A stretch of 39,036 nt of DNA, from IMG/VR virus record IMGVR_UViG_3300026123_000014, positions 1-39,036 of that record; one strand, given 5' to 3'. Origin of the DNA: a virus (lineage: Duplodnaviria; Caudoviricetes). Both the position numbers and the translations under genes were made by a program. Shown piece by piece: positions 7,578-16,324 of the stretch; the first letter of the stretch is position 1; each line of letters opens with the position of its first letter. A model generated the notes under the pieces. That model was not told the DNA's origin and ran no database searches. It saw only the letters and a program-made list of their open reading frames with translations.

Positions 7578-7805
7578 CTATATCTCGATAATTTTGGTGG
7601 GTAGATTGGGGGCAAGGCCTTCAATGACGTTGTTTTTCACGAAGACCTTTTGGTTAATTAAGTTTGAATCGGCGCCTTTCGCTATTAGTGTGTCACCGCC
7701 AGGTAGTCTGACTTTGGCGATGTTTCCGGTCACCGATTCGACGGTACCGACTTGTAAAGCAGGCTGAGGTATAAGGTTTTGAAACTCTTGATACAGGTTA
7801 CGCAT
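7578..7805 (-). CDS. Small tail tip protein (OB-fold-like)
   Basis: 75 aa, overlaps the end of the upstream tail gene; VGTV...VRLPGG...VFVKNNVIEG. Confidence 0.65.
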   Translation of the reverse strand: MRNLYQEFQNLIPQPALQVGTVESVTGNIAKVRLPGGDTLIAKGADSNLINQKVFVKNNVIEGLAPNLPTKIIEI

Positions 7806-10635
7806 GGCATTCCACTCCTAGCGTTTGAAAAACATCGGGCAGCCCCACATCGATGCGGGTTGATCGCACGAGCCCAATAGATGTGTTGCCGTCATCGTCG
7901 TACTGAACGAAGGCCCCGGGTCGGATGATTCCTGTGGTTTCTAGAACCGGTAGCTTGAGCCCCATTTCAAGTTGTCTGCCGGTATCGGACAATATGGCTA
8001 GCCCTCGTTGGCGAGCCGCAGCGGCAGTTGTGATCAGGCTATCGGTGACCATCGGAGCGAGGATATCACCAGCGGTTCCACTTCGAGTCACTTGACCGAG
8101 GATGCCTTGACCTTCGCCGCTCACATACACGCGGTTGTAGTTAGGCTTCTCCTTCCAGATAATCGACTCGCGGCTGACTGCATTGCTTGGCAGAACAACA
8201 TCAGGGATTATTTCGCCCCAGTTCCATGGCGTAGCTGGGTAACGTGGTACAACCTTACATATTTGCTGCTCGGTATTCGGTAAAAGATAGGCGCCACCGG
8301 CTTTGGCCAAAGCAGCTAATGCACTGATGTATGTGCCCTGATGAGCAAAGGCACCTCGCGGTACATTCCAACTTTCCAATCCGTAGTCGATTTGCCAACC
8401 CAGTGACACACCATTGACTTGGAGTACATCATCAAACAGTTGTTGATGGGTGCGATCAGCCGTGTTGTTAAAACTCAGAATGGGCGCGTAAGGTGCATCT
8501 AACAGCGCATGTTTACTTCGCCCAGACACACGGATCAGTGTTTCTCCAAATGCCCGTTCTCGATTGATAGACTCTGCAAGTACACGAAACGCGGTTCCAT
8601 TGACGTTTGCGATTAGCTCCACCGGACCATCAGCGTTGGGCTCAACTAAGCCTTGTGCAATGCCTGGTAATGACGCATCGAACCCCCATGCCCACGAATC
8701 CGCATCTAGGCTTAATGACATGGTGTAGGTTGGCACCAGTGTTTGATCGCTGGCTCTCATTAAATTGACGTTGTTGAACACGATGTAGACCTTCTGAATC
8801 GGAATGATGAGTGTGCCATTGGTCGGCGGTAGTACTGGTGCGGTATCGCACAAAAGCATTAATTGAGTACTTGAAGAACTCAGCGTGGAAAACACCAGGT
8901 CCGCCCTGGGGAAATAACAACGATCTATTTGCTGGGGTTCGGTAACATTGATTCGTGTGGTTCCGGTCGGTGGAACACGTCCCGCTTGAAATACAGTTCG
9001 CCATCCTTTGAGCAAAGGCGCAGCCATTTGGTAGCGGTAGTGCTGAACTAATGCCAGAGGACTGCCGATGTTCCAGATAGCCCTATAAAGGCGATTGGTT
9101 CGAATGCCGTCTTGTTGCTCAAAATCGATCGCGGAGATGTTCGCTTGTGCATCTTGTTGGCGATGTTCTTTTTGTAGCCATAGGCTAGTGGCATCTTGTT
9201 GAGTAAATATTAGGTTCTGGGGATTCGATCGAGCACTCCTGTACGGATTATCAAAGTAGATATTATCGGTAGTCAGTGCCTGTGGTAGTCGATGCGTTAT
9301 CCCGCGACTACTGCCCTTGGTTTTATACCATCCGCCATTCCATCCAGCCGGTAAACGATGGGCATCTTGCTGTCGCTGTGGCTGAACGTAGTCGTTGGTC
9401 GATGTGCTCTGCCAAGTCGTTGTTTGCTCGCCTACTGTTGGACGTTCTGTTTTAGATTGATAGCTAATGTCCGCTGTTAGGCTATTTAAACTTGGTAAAT
9501 CGGCTTGTAAGGTCAGTATGTAACGTGGCGCAATTTCAAACTTCGGTGTGCCCATGCCCGCCGGTGGGATACCCACTGGTGTTGCCGCAAACTCCGCCCA
9601 GTTTTCAATGAGGGTGTTGCCAAACTTGGTGGCACGCCATCCAGCTGGATCAGCGAAACTATGGAATAACCAAATGTAAGGCTCGCCCAATTGTTCACTT
9701 TGCCATCCTTCGGTGATGGCTCGGCTTTCCCACGCAAAGTAAAACGGGGCGTTAAGCGCAGATGGCGGTGATGAGTAACTTTGTGCGAAGCCAAAATGGG
9801 CGGTAGCACCGTTGCTGTCGATATCAAAGCACAAGGCTTGTCCACATCGAGTAAATTCGCTACCCAGTACAGTGATGCTTTGCGCACTGTTACGTAGGGC
9901 CGTGACGCCAAATCGGGATTGGTATCCTGCTGTCAGGGTAGCCGATTTGTCGAGTCCAAAATCAAAGGCAACGTTTTTGGATGAAGGTGCTGCGGTTGCT
10001 TTATCAAACCCAAACGTGACTGCCGGTTGATCCCCTAATCGGGTGTTGCCAAACGTACCGCGTGATCGCCATCCCTCGGGATTAATTTGGAGTGGTTTGC
10101 GAATATCCGCAATGTCACCAAATTGTTCAACGTGCCCACAACCGGCGGCGGCAACCACCATGGTGCCACCAAAGTAAAAGGCGGTATTACCGGTGGGTGG
10201 TATCTGATATAGGCTATCAAATAGGAGATCGGTTTTACCCGCCTCGATTACCGCCAGATTGGTGGTTGTGTGCCAGACCCGAGTGCGCCCAATGGCATGG
10301 AATTCGCTACCCTGAGTTGAGGTAGTTGTTGCCTGATTGGCAATATCTGCAATGCCAAAGCCTGTTAGAAGCTTGATGCCAGCGTCGGTAACACCTGAAG
10401 ATCCACCGAAGGTAAACGCTGCATTGAGGTTGTTGGGTGAGTCGTAGTCGCCTTCAAAGGCAAACCACACAGCGGCGCCATTTTGGTCGGTGTAATACAC
10501 CGAGCCTGTGATCGGGACTCGGCTGGTATCCCATCCAGCTGGTGCTATGGTTCCTGCAGCGTTGGATGAGTTTGCTAGTCCGAATTTGTGTTGATCGCCA
10601 AGGCCTGCGCCTGCGACGGGGCGTGCGCTAGCCAT
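7798..10635 (-). CDS. Tail tip hub-like protein with a repetitive N-terminal extension
   Basis: 945 aa; the C-terminal half has a baseplate-hub-like pattern (SLDADSWAWGF...YNRVYVSG...AARQRG); the N-terminal ~370 aa is repetitive. Confidence 0.7.
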   Translation of the reverse strand: MASARPVAGAGLGDQHKFGLANSSNAAGTIAPAGWDTSRVPITGSVYYTDQNGAAVWFAFEGDYDSPNNLNAAFTFGGSSGVTDAGIKLLTGFGIADIANQATTTSTQGSEFHAIGRTRVWHTTTNLAVIEAGKTDLLFDSLYQIPPTGNTAFYFGGTMVVAAAGCGHVEQFGDIADIRKPLQINPEGWRSRGTFGNTRLGDQPAVTFGFDKATAAPSSKNVAFDFGLDKSATLTAGYQSRFGVTALRNSAQSITVLGSEFTRCGQALCFDIDSNGATAHFGFAQSYSSPPSALNAPFYFAWESRAITEGWQSEQLGEPYIWLFHSFADPAGWRATKFGNTLIENWAEFAATPVGIPPAGMGTPKFEIAPRYILTLQADLPSLNSLTADISYQSKTERPTVGEQTTTWQSTSTNDYVQPQRQQDAHRLPAGWNGGWYKTKGSSRGITHRLPQALTTDNIYFDNPYRSARSNPQNLIFTQQDATSLWLQKEHRQQDAQANISAIDFEQQDGIRTNRLYRAIWNIGSPLALVQHYRYQMAAPLLKGWRTVFQAGRVPPTGTTRINVTEPQQIDRCYFPRADLVFSTLSSSSTQLMLLCDTAPVLPPTNGTLIIPIQKVYIVFNNVNLMRASDQTLVPTYTMSLSLDADSWAWGFDASLPGIAQGLVEPNADGPVELIANVNGTAFRVLAESINRERAFGETLIRVSGRSKHALLDAPYAPILSFNNTADRTHQQLFDDVLQVNGVSLGWQIDYGLESWNVPRGAFAHQGTYISALAALAKAGGAYLLPNTEQQICKVVPRYPATPWNWGEIIPDVVLPSNAVSRESIIWKEKPNYNRVYVSGEGQGILGQVTRSGTAGDILAPMVTDSLITTAAAARQRGLAILSDTGRQLEMGLKLPVLETTGIIRPGAFVQYDDDGNTSIGLVRSTRIDVGLPDVFQTLGVECHA

Positions 10636-10661
10636 ACAGTCTCCAGATCGTTATGGGGTAT

Positions 10662-13070
10662 TTAGGCGTTACGAGCGGCGTAGTGCGCTGCTATACGTTC
10701 TGCTGGAACGATGTAGTTGTAGATCGCAAATTCAGCCATTTGCCCCTGTACTCGCTCTGAGTAGCTGGGTCCTGTGCTTGAGACATTGACGCCAATGCCA
10801 AGCCAATCCACATCAATGTTGTTTGGGATGGCCGACGCCGGGAGTTCACTGGCTAACACTCCATTGATATATAGACGAGTGGCTTTCAGCTCCCATGGAT
10901 CGTATTGCACAACCAAGTGGTAGTCGGTGCCTGTATCTAACGTTACTGGAAATGGCTGTGTCGTCGTTGTACCTGATCGATCGTTCACTGACAGGGATAA
11001 TGCGCCATCAATCATCGAGAGATAAATAAACGCACTGCTGTTGTATTTGCGGGTTAAAAATAATCGCTGGGTGCCAACCAGTGAATCAAAGCGCACAAAG
11101 CATTCCACGGTAAAGGTGCTGGGAATATCCACGCGGTCACAAAATACACCGCCATTACTAGTGGTAATACTGGGAGAGCCTGACACAAAGGGGGCGCTGT
11201 TAAATTCTGTACCCGACTCAAAGACCGCTCGATAATCACGGTGCCCCAATAATGTGTCGATTCGCTGTGGTGGCGTCAGGTCATTCAATCGAACATAGAA
11301 CGACGGATTGTCTGCTTCGACTTCTGCCATATAGCCTGATTGTTGTGGCAGTACGACATGGTTTTCGGTGTTGGAGTAGGCATCGTAAAACTGCTGAACC
11401 TCCGCTTCGGTAAAGGTGCGTCCATAGATGCTTGCAAAGGCCACTGCGCCACCAAATCCCGGCGGAAGGTTGTAACGCTCATCGTTAGAGGATGCATAGC
11501 TGTGGCCGGTACCTCCGATGTAGAGCATATCCAGTCGTCGTATCGCGGCTTCTTTGTAGGCTCCACCGGTGAGTCGATTGGTGTTGTCCCAGTCTTCAAA
11601 GACCTTGGTGGATTGTGTATGCCCCCATAAGCGTCCCGCTCCGGTAATATCTGCGGTGCCTGTTTGTACACCATTCACATACAGTTCGATACTTTGGTTT
11701 TCAGTGTAGGCGATAATCACATGATAGTGCTCTCCAGCGATCACGGGTGATGTGATTCTGGGATCTGTTCTGTTTCGTGCGCTGAGTGGAAAACGCACGT
11801 TCATTTCCGTGGTGGTGACTTCCAGCGTTGGGCCGGTGGCGCGCATGTGATAGCCATAATAACTATCGTAGCCGTACATGGTGGCATCGTCGGAATCACG
11901 CCGGCCTGCCCACACAAAGATGAGCGAGCTTTCGTTGGATTGTGGCGCTTGAAAGATAAACTCAAAGGTTAGATTGGCGTAGTTATCGGGAACACTGGCA
12001 TTATTGTTCCCTGTAAAGGTTCCAAGGCCTGGGAATAGTGTCAGCCCATTTCCAATGTCGGCTTCGGTACGGTTGGATTTGATGAACTTCAATGCGCCAT
12101 CGGCTGCCGTGGCTTGCGCAAAATCGTATCCGGCAAAGACCGAGTGATAGGTGCTGTATAATCTTTCTCTTCCTAGTACGTTACCTCGAAAAAAGTCGTA
12201 AGCCACGCTGTCGAGGAAATCCGCAAACGATACCACGCCGCCTAGGTTAGGATCACGAATACGACGTGCCCAAAAGGCGGATTGCGGCCCAAGGTTGCCT
12301 TTGGTGTTGATGGGTTTGATGCGATCCCAAACCAATGCATTCTTGTAGGGAGGTCCTGAGGGATCTACCGACATCACCAGATATTCGTTATTGCGGTTTA
12401 GCCCATTGAAGGCGTAGCCGCCATTTTGGTCCGTGGTGGTGTAGCCGATTTTGTAAAAGGTTTCGCGCTCAAACAACAGCACAGGTCGGTTTGGCATGGC
12501 TACACCATCTTCCGACACGATTCCGTAAATACCGCCATCGCCACCGAGCAAATCTCGACTAGGGATGGGATATAAATCGGATGTAACTGACGCTGCTATT
12601 CGATAATCGGTATTGGCCGTACGAACCGGTCGATACTGCATCGACTGAGATACCCAAGTTACATTGTCATCCGAAGATTGGATCAACCAGTCGATGGAGT
12701 CGGCTGCAATAATACTGTTGCCGTTGTAGTTGGTGTCAGTGACGTTCACCAGAAGATGATCCACTAATACCGCATTACCCTCACCAAAATCAAAATCCAC
12801 GGCTCGCCATGTGGTTGTGGTGCGATACCCTGGCCAGTTGAAGGCACACGCAGTTTGATCATCGCCATCAGTCAAATGTTCCAGCGGGAAGCTGGTGGTG
12901 TTGATCAGACTGTTATTCAGCGCAGTGGAAAGCAGTGGCGTATTGGGTGTAGCTGTGAGCTCAGCGCCATCTTTGGCGAACAGGCGTAAATGATTGATAC
13001 CGAGCTGTGCGTAGTTGTAGGTGTTGATGCTTCGAAATTGAATGCGCCAATAGCGTGCTGGGGCCGTCAT
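10662..13070 (-). CDS. Putative receptor-binding protein: galactose-binding-like domain, Ig/prealbumin-like domain and two LamG/ConA-like domains
   Basis: RYWRIQF N-terminus; GIVSEDGV..NRPVLLF..TTTDQNGGYAFNGL; two YH(V/L)(I/V)..Y......LY(V/I)NG motifs; ends EFAIYNY..PAERIAAHY. Confidence 0.75.
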   Translation of the reverse strand: MTAPARYWRIQFRSINTYNYAQLGINHLRLFAKDGAELTATPNTPLLSTALNNSLINTTSFPLEHLTDGDDQTACAFNWPGYRTTTTWRAVDFDFGEGNAVLVDHLLVNVTDTNYNGNSIIAADSIDWLIQSSDDNVTWVSQSMQYRPVRTANTDYRIAASVTSDLYPIPSRDLLGGDGGIYGIVSEDGVAMPNRPVLLFERETFYKIGYTTTDQNGGYAFNGLNRNNEYLVMSVDPSGPPYKNALVWDRIKPINTKGNLGPQSAFWARRIRDPNLGGVVSFADFLDSVAYDFFRGNVLGRERLYSTYHSVFAGYDFAQATAADGALKFIKSNRTEADIGNGLTLFPGLGTFTGNNNASVPDNYANLTFEFIFQAPQSNESSLIFVWAGRRDSDDATMYGYDSYYGYHMRATGPTLEVTTTEMNVRFPLSARNRTDPRITSPVIAGEHYHVIIAYTENQSIELYVNGVQTGTADITGAGRLWGHTQSTKVFEDWDNTNRLTGGAYKEAAIRRLDMLYIGGTGHSYASSNDERYNLPPGFGGAVAFASIYGRTFTEAEVQQFYDAYSNTENHVVLPQQSGYMAEVEADNPSFYVRLNDLTPPQRIDTLLGHRDYRAVFESGTEFNSAPFVSGSPSITTSNGGVFCDRVDIPSTFTVECFVRFDSLVGTQRLFLTRKYNSSAFIYLSMIDGALSLSVNDRSGTTTTQPFPVTLDTGTDYHLVVQYDPWELKATRLYINGVLASELPASAIPNNIDVDWLGIGVNVSSTGPSYSERVQGQMAEFAIYNYIVPAERIAAHYAARNA

Positions 13071-13081
13071 GAGAATAAGTC

Positions 13082-13507
13082 CTAGAGTCGGAAAATCTTG
13101 TTAACACCGTTGTCCCAAGTGACGATGATGTCCCCGCCGTTGGGGGTGATCGGTAGACCAGTGGCGGTATCGATGTAAGCAATTAACGGTGATGCGGCGT
13201 CGTTGGGCGTGACACCATCGACATCGAGGACTTCCTGATAGATCAGTAGTGCTTCGATCGATGGACCGCTGACGGCCGCGAAGGTGACATCGTCTGCATC
13301 AGCCGCGCCGTTAAAGCTCGTCTTGTTGACCAGAGTGCTGGGTGAGCTAATGCGGGCTTCAACGGGCACAGCATTGAAAAACTCGTGTGTACTGTCGAAG
13401 GTGTAGACACCCGTATCGATCATGACGACTTTGAGATCAGCGGTGAGCCAGTTAAGTTGGGCTTCCAGAAATCGCTGACGGCCCTTATCGAACAAGTTGT
13501 TAGACAT
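13082..13507 (-). CDS. Tail fibre adaptor/virion structural protein
   Basis: 141 aa; ADADDVTF...PLIAYID...ITPNGGDIIVTW pattern of phage tail-associated proteins. Confidence 0.65.
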   Translation of the reverse strand: MSNNLFDKGRQRFLEAQLNWLTADLKVVMIDTGVYTFDSTHEFFNAVPVEARISSPSTLVNKTSFNGAADADDVTFAAVSGPSIEALLIYQEVLDVDGVTPNDAASPLIAYIDTATGLPITPNGGDIIVTWDNGVNKIFRL

Positions 13508-13557
13508 GAATATTTCTCCGATATGATCGGTGAGTGAATTGTTTGTTGTGGTTTGGT

Positions 13558-13953
13558 TTAGCTGAGTTTGGCGGCTGACAGGTAGGCGTAGCCACCCGCA
13601 TAGAGTTGGGTTTGGGGTAGTTGAATATCGCCACCGGCGTCGGTTTCACTGCAATCGAGATCCAGTACCGTGGTTTCTTCACCGTTCACCAGTCTTGCCC
13701 AGGTCACTATGCCGCTTTGGGTGATTAAGGCATTGGATAGCGGTGTGAGGGTGAGTGTAAGTTCTGTGACATTGCCACAGGGTTTGGTCAGTTGCACTTC
13801 TGCCAACATGACACTGGTCGGTGTTTCTTCTGGGGTATTGGGGCGTGTGCCACCGTAAAGTCGTAGTCTGGCGTTTAAAGTGCCACGATCTAAAAAACTG
13901 CGGGTCGCTTCTAACCGGATGACCTGATATGCATCACTCAGTGTAATGGTCAT
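13558..13953 (-). CDS. Virion tail structural protein
   Basis: 131 aa; LRLYGGTRP..P...LAEVQL...GIVTWARL; coupled to the upstream gene. Confidence 0.65.
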   Translation of the reverse strand: MTITLSDAYQVIRLEATRSFLDRGTLNARLRLYGGTRPNTPEETPTSVMLAEVQLTKPCGNVTELTLTLTPLSNALITQSGIVTWARLVNGEETTVLDLDCSETDAGGDIQLPQTQLYAGGYAYLSAAKLS

Positions 13954-15041
13954 GCTGCCACCTCGGGCTTTAGGTCATTGGCAATGACACTGCGATAATG
14001 GCCGGTATAGTCGTGACTCATGACGTTGTAGTGCTGATCGCTATCGAGATGGTCAAAGCGATACAACCCTTGGGGATCACTCCAGGTTTCAGCCACTAAC
14101 AAGTTGGTATTGGCACTGAATAGCTGGACCTTCCTTGCTAAGGGCTCATTGGGCGTCCCTTTGGCTTTGATCGTACCCTCAATAATACCGTTGCCACCGA
14201 AGTAGATGTTTCTTGGTGCGTATTTTTCTGCTCGGTATCTGTAGGCATAGCCTTCGCCGTTATTCCATAACGCTGAATTGGGACTCCGTTCTAAACCAAG
14301 CGATTTAAATTGAGCGTCGGGTGCGGTGTTCACCAACAAAGTCCGTTCATGGGGAGCTTGGTCAAACTCTTCAGAGGCAACCAGATCGGCAATAATCCAG
14401 TCCTGCACATCGGCTACATTCACCTTTCCCCATTGAATATAGAGCGTAGCGCCACGCGAAAGGCTGTTGAGGTAATGGGTCACCGAGTCATTGGTGCGAC
14501 TAAAATCAAAGGTGTTAACACCGGGTACGTTGTGCTCGGCCAAATAAGGAACAACGGTTACTGTGAGCTGGGTTTCACCCGTGGTTGGCCAGGCATCTTG
14601 GGCAGTGTTGGTACTCCATACTGTTTTGAGTTCATAGGTGACGCCATCAAGATCAAAGCTCCGTGTGACCACGCCAGTAGCATTGCTGCTGTCATAGCCG
14701 GTGTTGCAGTAAAAACGGAGATCCAGTGGTTCAACGGGCTCGTGTCCCATCTCGATCTCACACGCCCATATGCCATTGATCGTCCAACCTGAGTACACGC
14801 CCAAATCGACGGCGTCACTGCCTAGAGCTTTACTGATATCAATGGAACCATCCGGCGTGGTGTAGGTATTTCCTCCCAGTCGTACCCAGCCGTTGGCTGA
14901 GGATACTTCAGCCCCTTGGGTACCATCAAAGGTATCGGCACCACCATCGCCCCATGGATTGCCATCTTTGGAGACAGTGAAATTGTTGTTAAAGGCAACG
15001 AGGTTGCCTGTTCCCAATCTCGGGAGCAGTAACAATGCCAT
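13950..15041 (-). CDS. Putative tail adhesin with a C-terminal Ig/prealbumin-like domain
   Basis: C-terminal GIIEGT...PLARKVQLF...ETWSDPQGLYRFDHL...Y.V..HD resembles the internal domain of 10662..13070. Confidence 0.65.
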   Translation of the reverse strand: MALLLLPRLGTGNLVAFNNNFTVSKDGNPWGDGGADTFDGTQGAEVSSANGWVRLGGNTYTTPDGSIDISKALGSDAVDLGVYSGWTINGIWACEIEMGHEPVEPLDLRFYCNTGYDSSNATGVVTRSFDLDGVTYELKTVWSTNTAQDAWPTTGETQLTVTVVPYLAEHNVPGVNTFDFSRTNDSVTHYLNSLSRGATLYIQWGKVNVADVQDWIIADLVASEEFDQAPHERTLLVNTAPDAQFKSLGLERSPNSALWNNGEGYAYRYRAEKYAPRNIYFGGNGIIEGTIKAKGTPNEPLARKVQLFSANTNLLVAETWSDPQGLYRFDHLDSDQHYNVMSHDYTGHYRSVIANDLKPEVAA

Positions 15042-15047
15042 CGCGGT

Positions 15048-16313
15048 TTACCGCCAAGGGCCTGTAATATCAAAGGCTACTTGGGCGCCTTCGCTATCGG
15101 AACTGTATTGAGTTCGCACCAATACGAATTGCTTGTCAGGTTGCCCAACGACATTGTCGATGATGGTTTGGTCGCTGTAAGGTCTGTCCTGATGCATCCA
15201 GTGCATTCCGGGCATCGTGCCGCGCATGTGGCCGTCTTCCTGACGTACATAGGTGGGCATCAGCCATAAACTGTAATCCGCGCCATTGGGGAAGGGTAAG
15301 TTGCCACGACCACAAATCTGTTGATTGTTCCCGGTATTGAGTGAGGTCACGCCCCAGCGGATGTAATTGCCGACTTGGGTGTGGTTGCGGAGCATGGCTT
15401 TACCGCTCCAGTTGAGAGTGTGGGTCAATCCATAGCCGTTGTATTGGCCTGGGTAGCTGGAGTAGTTGTTATTGGACCAGTAGTGATCATCGGCACACAA
15501 AACTGTGTGGTAACGATCGCCGGGTTTAAAACTCTCAATATCACCAAAACAGTAAAAATTACGGCCATACCAGTTGTAGGATTTTTGGTTGGTGATGAAC
15601 AGATAGAACAGTCGGTCATCACCGATCAATACCCAATTGCGGTCGCCACCGCCGCCGTCACCGTAGATGTCGTAACCGGATTGCTGGGCGTGATACCACT
15701 TGTACCAGCCCCATTGGTTGGCTTCCCACTGTTGCCAGTTTTGGGTGGGCTTACTGGCGTCAAAAGGAGCCTGACCGCCGACAATGGTGTCGATATCGGA
15801 CATGCCTTCAACAATGCCGACGTTAGCCCATTTGGCCCAGGTGTCCACGTATTCATTGGCTTTGATACCGTCATCGATGAGTAGCATGTTGCCGGGTGAC
15901 TGCGGGTTTTTGCTGCGGTAGGCGCGCTTGTTGGAACCGGTAAACGGTATCTCCCAGCCGAGCGGTGATACGACAGCGCTCAGACTCGTTGCTGTGGTCG
16001 CTGGAGACGTCGGTGTACCTGTTATCGAATAGGTGAACGTTGTGGCGGTTGTTGCAATAACCCGTACTTCACCGTTGTATTCCGGTTGGTTCGCTCCGTC
16101 GATACGGAGAATTTGTCCAGGTTGGTAAGTGTGCCCGGTGGTAATGTTTGCCGTGGCAACGCCATCAATTGAGGTCAGACTATCAATGGCTTTTAGGTTA
16201 AAACCATTAATCAGACACGCATCCAACATAGTGACCAGATCACCCCAGTTGTTGGATACCTGAGGGGCTCCCGCTATGCCCGAGTTGAAATATTTTACGC
16301 TAAGGTCAGTCAT
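15048..16313 (-). CDS. Tail fibre-like/virion protein
   Basis: N-terminal GAPQV...DLVTMLDACLINGF, Thr-rich beta domain, Trp/Tyr-rich C-terminal domain. Confidence 0.7.
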   Translation of the reverse strand: MTDLSVKYFNSGIAGAPQVSNNWGDLVTMLDACLINGFNLKAIDSLTSIDGVATANITTGHTYQPGQILRIDGANQPEYNGEVRVIATTATTFTYSITGTPTSPATTATSLSAVVSPLGWEIPFTGSNKRAYRSKNPQSPGNMLLIDDGIKANEYVDTWAKWANVGIVEGMSDIDTIVGGQAPFDASKPTQNWQQWEANQWGWYKWYHAQQSGYDIYGDGGGGDRNWVLIGDDRLFYLFITNQKSYNWYGRNFYCFGDIESFKPGDRYHTVLCADDHYWSNNNYSSYPGQYNGYGLTHTLNWSGKAMLRNHTQVGNYIRWGVTSLNTGNNQQICGRGNLPFPNGADYSLWLMPTYVRQEDGHMRGTMPGMHWMHQDRPYSDQTIIDNVVGQPDKQFVLVRTQYSSDSEGAQVAFDITGPWR

Positions 16314-16324
16314 GGATTAGTGGC

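Noticed and set aside
10662-16313. Diversity-generating retroelement or invertible tail-fibre shufflon
   Set aside because: No reverse transcriptase, invertase, TR/VR pair or inverted cassettes seen in the window by eye
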